Part shown: piece by piece, positions 52,835 through 62,767 of the stretch | How positions within the stretch are numbered: the first letter of the stretch is position 1 | Layout of the letters: each line of letters opens with the position of its first letter | Source: Longimicrobiales bacterium | GTDB taxonomy: Bacteria; Gemmatimonadota; Gemmatimonadetes; Longimicrobiales; Gaopeijiaceae | Reading direction: 5' to 3' | Assembly (NCBI GenBank): GCA_965238005.1 | Contig: OZ250165.1 | Location: forward strand, 352,001-416,000 | Length of the DNA: 64,000 bases | The notes under the pieces: model-generated | What the model was told of the DNA's origin: nothing | What the model saw: only the letters and a program-made list of their open reading frames with translations | Database searches by the model: none | Program-made: the position numbers and the translations under genes

Positions 52835-54245
52835 TCAGATCGCCTCCGGGGAAGGCCGTACCGACGAACCCCTACCGTATGCGACCTTCGGGGGGTGAGG
52901 AGCCGGCTGGGGCGCCGATAGGTGAAGAGGCTCTGCGACAAGGTCCTGCCCCATCTCGGCGGCATGGTCGTCGAGAAGGGAGGATCCCACTACCACAGCC
53001 ACGATTGCCTGATCGAACTGGATTCCGGCGAACTCTTCCAGTTGCTCCCGTACTACCGGAAGCGGAAGGGCCTTCCGGTACGAGCGGTCTGATAGCATCG
53101 CATCCATCGCATCCGAGACCTTGATGATCCGTCCACCCATCAGGATCGCGTCACCGGCCACTCCATCCGGGTAGCCCCGGCCATCGACACGTTCGTGATG
53201 GTGTCTCACGGCCCCTAGGACCTCCTCCGGGAACGACGAGAAGGATTCGAGCAGTGCCACACCCCTTGTGACGTGTGACTCGATTACCTTCCGCTCGGCA
53301 GGCGTAAGAGGTCCCTTCTCTTGAAGGATCTCAACGTACATCTCATCGATCTTACCTATGTCGTGGAGGAGTGCAGCCGTCTCAATCAAACTGACCCGAC
53401 GCGCCGAGAGCCCGAGCTCCTCTGCGATCCGTCGTGACAGATCAGCGACGCGCTGGGAGTGCCCCGACGTGTATGGGTCACGCACTTCGATGGCCTTGAC
53501 CAGGGCTTTGAGGAGATTGGTGTTGGCCTCTTGGAGCTGGAAAGTGGTCAAGTACGCGCGGCGGATGAAAAGCAGCGGGAGCAAGACAATTAGAAAGCCC
53601 GGAATACCATGATCGACATACAGGAATGCGATTACGAGAGCGATAGGGCTAACAAGGAGATCATACAGAAGATTGGACCCGGACTTACCGGCCAGTAATC
53701 CCCAGGTCTTCTTGAAGGACATCCTCTGACTCACGGCAATCGCGAACGAAACCGATCCGTGATTGATCAGCAGGAATACGAGGGCGAACGCGACCACTGG
53801 TCCAAGCTGGAAGGCAAAGTCAGGCCCCGTCAGCTCCGGAGCCTGAGGTAGTCCCCCAACCGCTGTGAAGACGAGCCCGCCAACGACCGTCGAAAGAACA
53901 AACTGGCTGATGTTGAAGATGGCCTTTATCGGCAACTTCTGCCGAATAATGAGCTCACCGAAGGTCCCTGTCGTGGCATGGAGGATCAGAGCTGGCGCGG
54001 GCCCAAACAGTAGAACGCAGGCCAACAAGGGAAGAAACGTAATGGACGAACTACCCGAATTCCCACCAACCTTGATCGTTAGCGACAGGGACTCGGATAG
54101 CAACCCCAGGGTGATTAGGGCGAGGAGTCCCGCCCAGGCTTCCGCAGGAAGGCCAAAAAGGGAAGCCCAATCTACCAGGAGGCAGAGAACCCAGGGATAG
54201 AACTACAACTACCGCGACGTATGTACGTACGGGTCCAGTGTCCAT
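52835..54245 (-). pseudogene. multi-TM sensor fused to an HD-GYP phosphodiesterase, frameshifted near 54190
   Basis: RDPYTSGHS, LHDIGK, HHERVDGRGYPDG; MDTGPVRTY..VLSL continues as VLCLLVDW.. only after a frameshift. Confidence 0.85.
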
Positions 54246-54274
54246 TCACAAGACCCCCCTCGACCCAATCGCCC

Positions 54275-54358
54275 TTACCAGCCTGAAATGCCGCTGTAGA
54301 TCAGCCACGCGGCAAAAAAATCCCACAGAGAGCTCCAAGCGTCTACAATGAGCAGCAC
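54275..54358 (-). CDS. 27-aa hydrophobic peptide MLLIVDAWSSLWDFFAAWLIYSGISGW (putative signal/ligand precursor)
   Basis: Strong RBS GGAGGTGA (54364-54371), GTG start, TAA stop, ends 29 nt before the HD-GYP start; too short for the ORF track. Confidence 0.7.
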   Translation of the reverse strand: MLLIVDAWSSLWDFFAAWLIYSGISGW

Positions 54359-54491
54359 ATTTATCACCTCCCTTCGGGTGGTGTCAGCTTCCTCCGCTCA
54401 GGAAGCCGCTGCGCTCCGCTCTTGCCTCTCCGCTTCGCTCTTGGCCGGTCGAGGGGGTCTCCCGTTGTGAGTTGTCCGCTCCGAGCTCGCT

Positions 54492-55205
54492 TCAGATTCT
54501 GCCCCGGACCCAGCGGTCCGCGGCCTGAAGCGTTCCCAATATCACAGCCTTGTCGGCTGTGTCTTCGACGGCCGCCGCCCCCGCGAGGGCGGTGATCGAC
54601 CGTCCGTGAATCGCGTGTATCGCAACCAACGCGAACTGCTTGTCGAACGCCTCCAACAACTTCACTCCATCGACAGATAGGGCCACCTGGCCCTCTCCCA
54701 GGAGGGCCGCGATGGCACCTTCAATCGCCTTGACTGCCGCAGCGGCAGTCGTCTCGAGTCTCGCTCGGGCCAGGTCGGCTCCACTGGCCTCGCCTTCGTA
54801 GCGCTCTCCGCGCCACTCCACCGTCACCCGGATCCGCACTCGGTGAGACCCTTCGGTCTTGGCCTGGTGGCTGACGAAGAGCATCCGCTCCTCCCTGTTC
54901 AGCCGAGCCGGGTGCTGAAATACCTTTGCTTCTCTAGCCGCCTCCTCTTCCGTCGTCTGCGCCACCGACACCTTGCGGTGGTCGATCTTCATGCCGAATT
55001 GGGCCACCAGTGCGGACTCGACGTTCCGGACCGACTGCTTCGGCGACACGTCGCCCAGGGTGAGGAGATGGACCTCTTCGATCTCTCCTCCGGGCCGTGC
55101 CACCACCCGCGCCGACACCACTCCCTTCAGGGAGTTCAGCAGGGCCTATGCCTCCTCGATACTCCATTCCTTCATGGGCGGAGTCGGAGTCTTCTCCGCG
55201 TTCAC
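54492..55205 (-). pseudogene. hypothetical protein (EVHLL...SPKQSVRNVESAL...IDHRKVSVAQ family) with in-frame TAG at 55146-55148
   Basis: MNAEKTPTPPMKEWSIEEA*ALLNSLKGVVSARVV, one frame throughout. Confidence 0.75.
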
Positions 55206-55430
55206 TAGCGGAGCCGAAAGGGGGACGAGGTCTCCCTCCGAGTCGCGCCCCCGACCCTGGTCCAACCCCGTCCGGAGCAGGTCAGGTCATCGTCGAAAGC
55301 GTGGTCTCCTTCGTCTATGTTGCACCCTCCCATCGTTCCCCGATCAAGAGAAACCGTGAGGGACGCCGGTCCGGGCCGACCCGCAGTGACACCGATGGGG
55401 AGGCAAGCCAAATGTTTATGAGACTTAAGG

Positions 55431-55460
55431 ACAATGAGTCCCCAGGTCGGCTCCTGTCAA
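55431..55460 (-). promoter_or_regulatory. candidate sigma70 promoter of the hypothetical-peptide-HD-GYP unit
   Basis: TTGACA-18 nt-CATTGT on the minus strand. Confidence 0.4.
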
Positions 55461-55682
55461 GAACATCTTATGCGGGGCCGTGTATCGGTGGCCTGGGGCG
55501 TTTTCCTATTGTTACGCTGATGATGATTCATCGGGAAAAAATACAACTTAGCAAACATCCGTAGCCAGCTATCTGGAGCCCTCGAGAGTCAAGTGGCTGG
55601 ACATGCGGGGACGCATTCACCTACACTAGGCTAGCCTGGCACCAGAGGGACGACTCAACCTCTCCAAAAGGACCCAGAGACC

Positions 55683-56387
55683 ATGGCGAGACCCCACGGC
55701 GTTGCTGCGCCCGTCCTTGCTTTCTCCCTCTTTCTCGCCGCATGCGCGACCACCCAGTCCATCTCCCGAGTGACTGAGTTTCCCGCGTTAACCAAGACGG
55801 GCGTTCAGCCGGGTGACCAGCTCGTCATCGCCTTCTACACGGCGGCCGGGACCGAGCTCGCGGAGGTCTCGGGAGAACGAACCATCGACGACAATGGTGA
55901 GATATTCCTGCCGTTCCTGGGGACCGTGACCGTCCTCGGCCTCGACGCCCAAACCATACGCGAGCTCCTCGAGGACCGCTACGGAGCTCTGTACTCCGAT
56001 CCCGTCGTCGAAGTGGTAGCCAACATCCACGTCAATATCACGGGCGCTGTCGCCAGAGCCGGCCAGTACTTCGTTCCCCCATCGGCAACACTCGTCGACG
56101 CTCTGGCGCTCGCGGGAGGAGCCGGCTCGGAGGTCGACCTCGGCCTGCAAGGAGGGGCGGCCGATCCAGCCCGCGTGCGGCTCGTCCGTGACGGCGTGGC
56201 GTCGGTCATCGACATGCGGCCTCTGGATGTCCGTCCGGAGGTCCTGTCGCTTCGTGTCCAGTCCGGAGATTGGCTCCACGTTCCCAGGGCCATCCGCTCG
56301 CAGGTTCGGGACGACGTCACGTTCTACGGCACGGTTCTGACTACGCTCCTCACACTCGGCTCTCTCATTGTCCTGATCGCGCGTTAG
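55683..56387 (+). CDS. polysaccharide export lipoprotein (Wza/SLBB-like)
   Basis: [28 protein letters not shown]. Confidence 0.85.
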   Translation: MARPHGVAAPVLAFSLFLAACATTQSISRVTEFPALTKTGVQPGDQLVIAFYTAAGTELAEVSGERTIDDNGEIFLPFLGTVTVLGLDAQTIRELLEDRYGALYSDPVVEVVANIHVNITGAVARAGQYFVPPSATLVDALALAGGAGSEVDLGLQGGAADPARVRLVRDGVASVIDMRPLDVRPEVLSLRVQSGDWLHVPRAIRSQVRDDVTFYGTVLTTLLTLGSLIVLIAR

Positions 56388-56401
56388 CCGGACCCACCCC
56401 C

Positions 56402-57046
56402 GTGCACCATGGTACACAAGACGGTTGGATCGAGGTGGTCGCGGGGGTGATGTTTTCGGGCAAGTCCGAAGAGCTCCTCCGGCGCGTGCGCCGGGCCCTC
56501 ATCGCCAAGAAGTCCGTTCAGGTGTTCAAGTCGCATCTGGACGACCGTTACGGCGGGGTCTTCCAGATCAGCTCCCACGACGGGCAGCAAGTAGACGCCG
56601 TCCCCGTCTCGAGCTCAGTGCAGGTCGCCGAGCTCGTCAAGCCGAGCGCGCAGGTCGTGGCTGTGGACGAGGCTCAGTTCCTGGACGACGGCATCGTCGG
56701 CGTCGTGAACGACCTTGCGGACCGGGGCGTCCGCGTGATCGTGGCGGGCACGGACATGGACTTCAGGGGCGAGCCGTTCGGTCCCATGCCCCAGCTCCTG
56801 GCAATCGCCGAGCTGGTGGACAAGCTCCACGCCATCTGCGTCGTGTGCGGCGATCTGGCGACCCGGAACCAGCGGCTCATCGACGGGAGGCCGGCCCCTG
56901 CTGAGGGACCCACCATCCAGGTGGGCGGCTCGGAGAGCTATGAGGCACGGTGCCGCAAGTGTCACGAGGTGCCGCAGGTGGATCGCGGCCAGACCGTGAT
57001 GGCCATGGGCGACCTCGGCCCCGACGAGGTGGCGCGCGCCCAATAG
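56402..57046 (+). CDS. tdk: thymidine kinase
   Basis: [26 protein letters not shown], CxxC...YEARCRKC. Confidence 0.95.
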   Translation: MHHGTQDGWIEVVAGVMFSGKSEELLRRVRRALIAKKSVQVFKSHLDDRYGGVFQISSHDGQQVDAVPVSSSVQVAELVKPSAQVVAVDEAQFLDDGIVGVVNDLADRGVRVIVAGTDMDFRGEPFGPMPQLLAIAELVDKLHAICVVCGDLATRNQRLIDGRPAPAEGPTIQVGGSESYEARCRKCHEVPQVDRGQTVMAMGDLGPDEVARAQ

Positions 57047-57119
57047 CCTCTACCGTCCTTGACACTCCTTCCGCGGCACTAGAGTTTTTCTCACTCTGCC
57101 GACACCCGGCAAGAGTCAA

Positions 57120-57192
57120 TCCCGCGTAGCTCAGTTGGTAGAGCAGGCGGCTGTTAACCGCCTTGTCGCTGGTTCGAGTCCAGCCGCGGGAG
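57120..57192 (+). tRNA. tRNA-Asn(GTT)
   Basis: TCCCGCG...CGCGGGA-G; anticodon arm GGCGG-CTGTTAA-CCGCC; GGTTCGAGTCC. Confidence 0.95.
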
Positions 57193-57369
57193 CTCACGCA
57201 TCACCCTCGAGGCCCCCGGGGCCTGACCCTGGACCTCGTTAGCCATTCGCATAGCCTTCACGGCTTGCACACAGGCGGTCTCGCTCCCTGGAAATGTTCT
57301 TGGGGTCCAACGGGGCGAGATGTAGATTACCTGCCAACAGCCTGGAGTCGCCTCGGACGGAGGGCTCAC

Positions 57370-58719
57370 ATGGGTTACCAGCCCGAGACCACGCGGCAGG
57401 GCGGGATGTTTACCGACGAGACCGGCAAGCAGCTCTCCCTCGCCATGCAGTACGACTATACCAACTTCTACTTCGGGTCGGGCGACGACGCCTTCGCCAT
57501 GCTCGACCCGTTCGACGAGTGGTATAAGGACGCGAAGCCGGCGGGTTACTACCTGTACGGCCTTCCCATGCAGGGCGCACCCACCACGCGCGTGGACATC
57601 CGCAACACCATGACGGGTGAGATCCACGAAGGGCTCCTGAACTTCGCCTCGTACAACTACCTCGGTCTCTCGTATCGCTCCGAGGTCAAGGAGGCCGTGA
57701 TCGAGGCGGCCCTCCTCTACGGCAACGGTGCGTCGGGCTCACCGGTCCTGAGCGGATCGCTCGAGGTCCACCACGAGCTGGCGGACCGACTGGCGGCCTT
57801 CAAGGGCAGGGAGGCGGTGCTCCTCTTCCCCACGGGCTACAGCGTGAACGTCGGGGTCATAGCCGGGCTCATGCGCTCGGGAGACCTCATCGTCGCGGAC
57901 CAGTACGCCCACGCCAGCCTCGTGGACGGCATGATCCTGTCCAAGGCCACGAGCCGCTTCTTCCGCCACAACAAGGTCGAGGACCTCGAGCGGAAGCTGA
58001 AGCGCTACGATGGCAAGAAGCTGGTCCTCATCGAGGGCGTCTACTCCATGGACGGCGACGTGGCCGTCGTCCCCGAGATTGTCGAGGTGTGCCAGCGCTA
58101 CGGCGCCCGCATCCTCATCGACGAGGCCCACTCGACCTTCATCTACGGTGACAACGGCCGCGGTGTGGCCGAGCACTTCGGCTACGACGACGAGATCGAC
58201 ATCCACGTGGGAACGTTCTCGAAGAGCCTCGGCGGACAGGGCGGCTTCGTGGCCGGCTCGCAGAAGCTGATCAACTATCTGCGCGGGTTCTCGAGGTCCC
58301 GATTCTTCTCCTGCGGGCTGTCGCCCGTGGTGGCCGCCGGCATCCTCAAGGCGTTGGATCTCTTCGAGGCCGAGCCGGAGCTCCGGACCAAGCTCTGGGA
58401 GAACGTGGACTTCATGCAGAAGCGCCTCCGAAACGCCGGCGTCCTGGTGGGGGACTCCGAGTGTCAGGTGATCCCCATCATGATGCAAGACGACGCCCGC
58501 GTGTTCGAGATCGGCGAGGCGCTCATGCAGGAAGGCATCTACATCAATCCAGTCAGGTATCCGGCGGTCCCCAAGCACAAGTCCCGCTTCCGCATGTCCA
58601 TCTCCGCGTCCCACTCCCGGGAGGAGTTGGAGGAAGGAGCCCGGATCATAACCAGCGTCTTGCAAAGGTACGGCTCATGCCCGAAAACAGAGGACACTAT
58701 TACTTCAACAATGGGCTGA
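57370..58719 (+). CDS. alpha-oxoamine synthase, serine palmitoyltransferase-like
   Basis: NFASYNYLGL, AHASLVDG, EGVYSMDGD, DEAHS, GTFSKSLG. Confidence 0.85.
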   Translation: MGYQPETTRQGGMFTDETGKQLSLAMQYDYTNFYFGSGDDAFAMLDPFDEWYKDAKPAGYYLYGLPMQGAPTTRVDIRNTMTGEIHEGLLNFASYNYLGLSYRSEVKEAVIEAALLYGNGASGSPVLSGSLEVHHELADRLAAFKGREAVLLFPTGYSVNVGVIAGLMRSGDLIVADQYAHASLVDGMILSKATSRFFRHNKVEDLERKLKRYDGKKLVLIEGVYSMDGDVAVVPEIVEVCQRYGARILIDEAHSTFIYGDNGRGVAEHFGYDDEIDIHVGTFSKSLGGQGGFVAGSQKLINYLRGFSRSRFFSCGLSPVVAAGILKALDLFEAEPELRTKLWENVDFMQKRLRNAGVLVGDSECQVIPIMMQDDARVFEIGEALMQEGIYINPVRYPAVPKHKSRFRMSISASHSREELEEGARIITSVLQRYGSCPKTEDTITSTMG

Positions 58720-59348
58720 GCTGCCTCTTCGAGATGCCGACCTCGAATGCGAAGCGGCTTCTTCCCTCGCACCTACAACCTATCGAAGTCCAGCACCAAC
58801 GGAGCGTCCTCTCGGTCACCGCGTTCGACTTCTTCGAAGGTGACGGCGGGGTGTACCAGGAGCTGCTGCTCTCCATTTTGGTGCCGCCGCTCGTGAAGCC
58901 GGGCGATTCGCTTCCCAAGGCCGCCCTCTATCCGTTCATGGTGGCAACCAGCACTGAGTTCGGGCGCAAGGAGGGCATCGAGCGCTGGAGGTTGCCGCAC
59001 CTCATGCGTGACATCGACATGGAGTTCACCGAGGGCGAGGGCAAGATTTCGGTGGCGGTGAGCGCCGACGGCGATGCCATCTGCGAGATGTCGGGGACGA
59101 GCCACGAATTCGAGCCGGCCGAGCTTCTCTTCCATTCCTTCATGTCGGACGACACCGGCAACTTCAAGGCGAATCTGACCATGCGGGGGGAGGGGTATAG
59201 CGAGCACGAGTTCGAGCGTGGATCGCTCACCCTCCACGAGCACGAGATGACGGCGGGGCTCACCATCGACGAGATCGCCGACTTTCCGTTCCAGGAGCAG
59301 TGGATGAAGGGCGGCGTGGAGATCTTCACGCCCCTGGAGAACGTCTGA
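58677..59348 (+). CDS. acetoacetate-decarboxylase-fold protein
   Basis: AKRLLP..LQP, YQELLLSI, GIERWRLPH. Confidence 0.6.
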   Translation: MPENRGHYYFNNGLSCLFEMPTSNAKRLLPSHLQPIEVQHQRSVLSVTAFDFFEGDGGVYQELLLSILVPPLVKPGDSLPKAALYPFMVATSTEFGRKEGIERWRLPHLMRDIDMEFTEGEGKISVAVSADGDAICEMSGTSHEFEPAELLFHSFMSDDTGNFKANLTMRGEGYSEHEFERGSLTLHEHEMTAGLTIDEIADFPFQEQWMKGGVEIFTPLENV

Positions 59349-59386
59349 CCTCCATAAACATCGAGCCCCGGCCACAGCAACCGGCC

Positions 59387-60352
59387 ATGTCGTCCGACCA
59401 AGGCTCCAAGCGTGCCTTCGTGATCTTCAACCCGGCCTCGGGCCGGGGCAGAGGCGCGCGCCTAATGGATCGGCTGCTCGACCTTCTCGGAAAGCACCTG
59501 CCGGGGTTCGAGCACGCCGTCACGGAGCAGCCCGGCGAGGAGAGCCTGCTGGCCGATCAGGCCCTCGCCGACGGCCGCTTCGACCTCATCGTGGCCGTGG
59601 GCGGCGACGGCACCTGGAGCAACGTGGCGGACCGGGTGGTGGCATGTGACATGGAGGACGTGGCCTTCGGCCTCTTGGCCACGGGCACCGGAAACGACTT
59701 CGGGCGCAACTTTGGACTTTTCGAACGGGATCCCGACGTTGCCGTCCGGGCCCTCGCCGAGGGGAAGGTCATGACCGTGGACGTGGGTCGCGTGGTCACG
59801 CTGGGCACTCCCGTAGGGGCTCAGGCCGACGTTCTGGGCCCGGGCGAGGGGCGTCACTTCCTGAACCTCATCGGGTTCGGGTTCGACGTTGCCGTAGTCG
59901 AGGACGCCGCCGACGCCCGATTCCTCCGGGGGGCCGTCCTCTACAAGGTGACCGCCCTGAAGAACCTGTTCTCCTTCCCGGGCGTGGACCTGGAGCTCAC
60001 GGGTGACGAGCCCACGGTCCAGGGCAAGCAGCTCATGCTCACCATCTCCAACGGACCGTTCTTCGGGGGCGGGTTCCCCATCGCGCCGGCGGCGGAGCTC
60101 ACCGACGGCCTACTGGACGCTTGCGCCATCGGCAACGCCCCTCCGCTCACCCGCATGCGCCTGTTCCAAATGGCCGAGAAGGGCAGCCACGTTCTCTCCC
60201 CGTTCGTACACACACGCCGAAGCCGACGCTTCACCGTGAGCTTCGACGAGCCCCAAAAGTACGAGGTGGACGGCGAGGTCTGGCAGGCCCACGAGCCCCA
60301 CGTGGTGGTGGAGGTGGTGCCCCGGGCCCTCAGGGTCGTGGTCCCGGCCTGA
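59387..60352 (+). CDS. diacylglycerol/sphingosine kinase family protein
   Basis: NPASGRG, GGDGT, GTGNDF, FFGGG, VDGE. Confidence 0.9.
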   Translation: MSSDQGSKRAFVIFNPASGRGRGARLMDRLLDLLGKHLPGFEHAVTEQPGEESLLADQALADGRFDLIVAVGGDGTWSNVADRVVACDMEDVAFGLLATGTGNDFGRNFGLFERDPDVAVRALAEGKVMTVDVGRVVTLGTPVGAQADVLGPGEGRHFLNLIGFGFDVAVVEDAADARFLRGAVLYKVTALKNLFSFPGVDLELTGDEPTVQGKQLMLTISNGPFFGGGFPIAPAAELTDGLLDACAIGNAPPLTRMRLFQMAEKGSHVLSPFVHTRRSRRFTVSFDEPQKYEVDGEVWQAHEPHVVVEVVPRALRVVVPA

Positions 60353-60377
60353 GACTCAGGCAGCTCGCTCCGGGCTC

Positions 60378-61025
60378 CTATCCCGACGTCTTCTTGAGGC
60401 GTCCGGCCACCAGCGTCCAGCTCTGGTCGGCCAGCAGCTCCGCATCGGCCTCGTCGTGGCTCACCAGGACCAGCGGAGTGCCGTGCCTTTGGGCGTAGTC
60501 GCGCACCGCCGTGGCGATCTCCAGGCGTAGGGGCCGGTCGAGGGCGGAGAATGGCTCGTCCAGAAGCAGCAGCCTGGGATTCGAGAGCAGAGCCCTGCCC
60601 AGGGCCACCCTCTGGCGCTCACCCCCCGACAGAAACCGCGGCCGCCTTTCCAGGAGCTCGGAGAGGGAAAGAAGCTCGGAAACCTTGGCGACGTCGGACG
60701 GGTCCGGCCCCGTGTAGGCCAGATTCTCCCGCACCGAGAGGTGGGGGAAGAGAAGGACCTCCTGGGGCACCCAGCCGACCCGTCGCTCCCAGGCCGGCAC
60801 GGACACTCCGGCCCCCGTGTCGAGCCAGATGTCTCCGTTGACCCGCACCGTCCCCTGAGCCGCGGGCTCCAGCCCCGCGAGGACCCGCAGGAGGGAGCTC
60901 TTCCCCGCGCCGGACGGTCCAACGATCGCGACCGAGGCGCTGCTCGGGCTCCAGTCCACGTCGAGCTCGAAGGCGTCCAGAGGGAGGCGGATCCGCGCGT
61001 GCAGGGGTCCGGCCTCAGTGCCCAT
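60378..61025 (-). CDS. modC: molybdate ABC transporter ATPase
   Basis: GPSGAGKS, LSGGERQRVA, LLLDEPFSALD; downstream of modB. Confidence 0.88.
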   Translation of the reverse strand: MGTEAGPLHARIRLPLDAFELDVDWSPSSASVAIVGPSGAGKSSLLRVLAGLEPAAQGTVRVNGDIWLDTGAGVSVPAWERRVGWVPQEVLLFPHLSVRENLAYTGPDPSDVAKVSELLSLSELLERRPRFLSGGERQRVALGRALLSNPRLLLLDEPFSALDRPLRLEIATAVRDYAQRHGTPLVLVSHDEADAELLADQSWTLVAGRLKKTSG

Positions 61026-62622
61026 GGTGGTCCTCCAACCGTCTCCGCTGCCACCGGGACAGCGACTCGAAGCCGAGGAGCGCCACCAGGGAGAGCATCA
61101 CGCTCGCCACCACCAGCGTCCACGTCGCTCCCCGCCCCGACGGAGACTCCAGAAGCGAGTAGACTGCGAGGGCGATGGTCCGGGTCTCGCCCTCCAGGTT
61201 GCCGGCCAGAACCACCGTCGCCCCGAACTCCCCCAGGGCCCGGGCGAAGGCCAGCACGCTGCCTGCTGCGATCCCCGGGAGGGCCAGCGGGAGCGAGATG
61301 CGGCGGAAGGTGGGCGCCTTGGGTACACCCAGCGTCCACGAGACCTCCTCGAAGCGCCGATCCACCGTCTCGAAGGCACCCCGGATGGCCATGACGTAGA
61401 GGGGAAAGCCCACCACGAGAGCCGCCACGATGGCGCCCAGGACCGTGAAGGGAACCGGCAGGCCCATGGCGTCGAGCAGCCCACCCAGGGCCGACTGCCG
61501 GCCCAGGACGCTGAGAAGGAGGAAGCCGGTCACCACGGGCGGAATGACCAGGGGCGCCATGAAGAGCATGGAGACGAAGGTCTTCCCAAGGAAGTCGTGC
61601 CGGGCCAGCATCCACCCCACCGCCACGGCGGGGACGAGGCCCAGGACCACAGCCCCCAGGGCCACGATGAGGGAGAGGCGAACCGCGGACCAGGGATCGA
61701 GGGCGAAGCCCGCCTCGGGTGTCTCGGAAGCGGCCGCTCCGGACTCTGCTACGTCCCGCACCCCGAAGCCCGACGCGGCGAAGATGGCCCGGGCCGCCGG
61801 CCCCTGGAGGAAGCCCACGAACGCGGCCGCCGCCTCGGCGCTGCGCGATCCCGCCGTCACCGCGCCCGGGTACACGACCGCCGGATAGCCCTCGGAGGGA
61901 AACGCGAACACCATCCGGACGCGGTCTTCGGCGAGGGCGTCGGTCCGATATACGATGCCCCCGTCGGCCTCGCCCCTGGCCACCCACTCCAGGGTGCCCC
62001 GTACGCTCCCCCCCCGAACGACGCGGTCCTCGACGGCTTCCCAGACCCCGGCCAGCTCCAGGGCGGCCCTCGCGTAGCGCCCGGCCGGCACGTCCTCGCC
62101 GGCCACGGCTATCCTCCGGAGACTGGAACCCTCCAGACCTCGCGGATCATCCGGTCCGAAGGCGGCATCCGAGGGCACCACGAACACCAGCCGGTTCGTT
62201 GCCAGGGGGCGGATCGACGCGGGGTCGACGCTCCCCTTTTCCTCGAGCCATCGCATCCAGTCGACGTCGGCCGAAATGAAGACGTCCGCGGGGGCGCCAC
62301 GGAACACCTGGGGCGCCAGGCGCGAGGTGGCGTCGAAGCTGAATCGGACCGGGAGCCCACCGGCGCGCTCCCAGGCCCCGGCCACCTCGGGTAGCACGTC
62401 CTGAAGGCTCGAGGCGGCCAGAACCATGAGGGCGTCGGGCTCCTGGGGGGTCCCGGAATCGTCCGACCGAGCGCCTCCCGGAGGGCCGGAAGCGGCCGCC
62501 AGCCCCTGGGCCGCCGATAGCTGGACAGCTAGGGCCCATCGGAGACATTGTTTAGGTTCAAGGAGTGACACGCGGCAGCCCGGAGGCGAGTCCCCGGTGA
62601 GACAAGTAAGTCTGTCGCACAC
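61015..62622 (-). CDS. modB: fused molybdate-binding protein and permease (ModA-ModB); start uncertain
   Basis: AASSL...VPAGRYA...GIVYRTDA, then PLVIPPVVTGF...FARALGEFGAT in one frame. Confidence 0.85.
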   Translation of the reverse strand: MCDRLTCLTGDSPPGCRVSLLEPKQCLRWALAVQLSAAQGLAAASGPPGGARSDDSGTPQEPDALMVLAASSLQDVLPEVAGAWERAGGLPVRFSFDATSRLAPQVFRGAPADVFISADVDWMRWLEEKGSVDPASIRPLATNRLVFVVPSDAAFGPDDPRGLEGSSLRRIAVAGEDVPAGRYARAALELAGVWEAVEDRVVRGGSVRGTLEWVARGEADGGIVYRTDALAEDRVRMVFAFPSEGYPAVVYPGAVTAGSRSAEAAAAFVGFLQGPAARAIFAASGFGVRDVAESGAAASETPEAGFALDPWSAVRLSLIVALGAVVLGLVPAVAVGWMLARHDFLGKTFVSMLFMAPLVIPPVVTGFLLLSVLGRQSALGGLLDAMGLPVPFTVLGAIVAALVVGFPLYVMAIRGAFETVDRRFEEVSWTLGVPKAPTFRRISLPLALPGIAAGSVLAFARALGEFGATVVLAGNLEGETRTIALAVYSLLESPSGRGATWTLVVASVMLSLVALLGFESLSRWQRRRLEDHHGH

Positions 62623-62767
62623 AAGGAGTTCTTCTGGTCATAGGCAGTCGGCAGCTTAGGCATCACCTCAGAGACCGGCAAGGACATGCGGGAGGATGGC
62701 GCGGGCCATGACTCGAGAAACTGAAGCCGCCAGTGGCTGAGCAACCCGACTCCTCTCGCTCCGCATC

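Noticed and set aside
12139..55148. Genome-wide TAG recoding or pyrrolysine use
   Set aside because: Many intact genes here end in TAG and no pyl genes are visible; two isolated stops are insufficient
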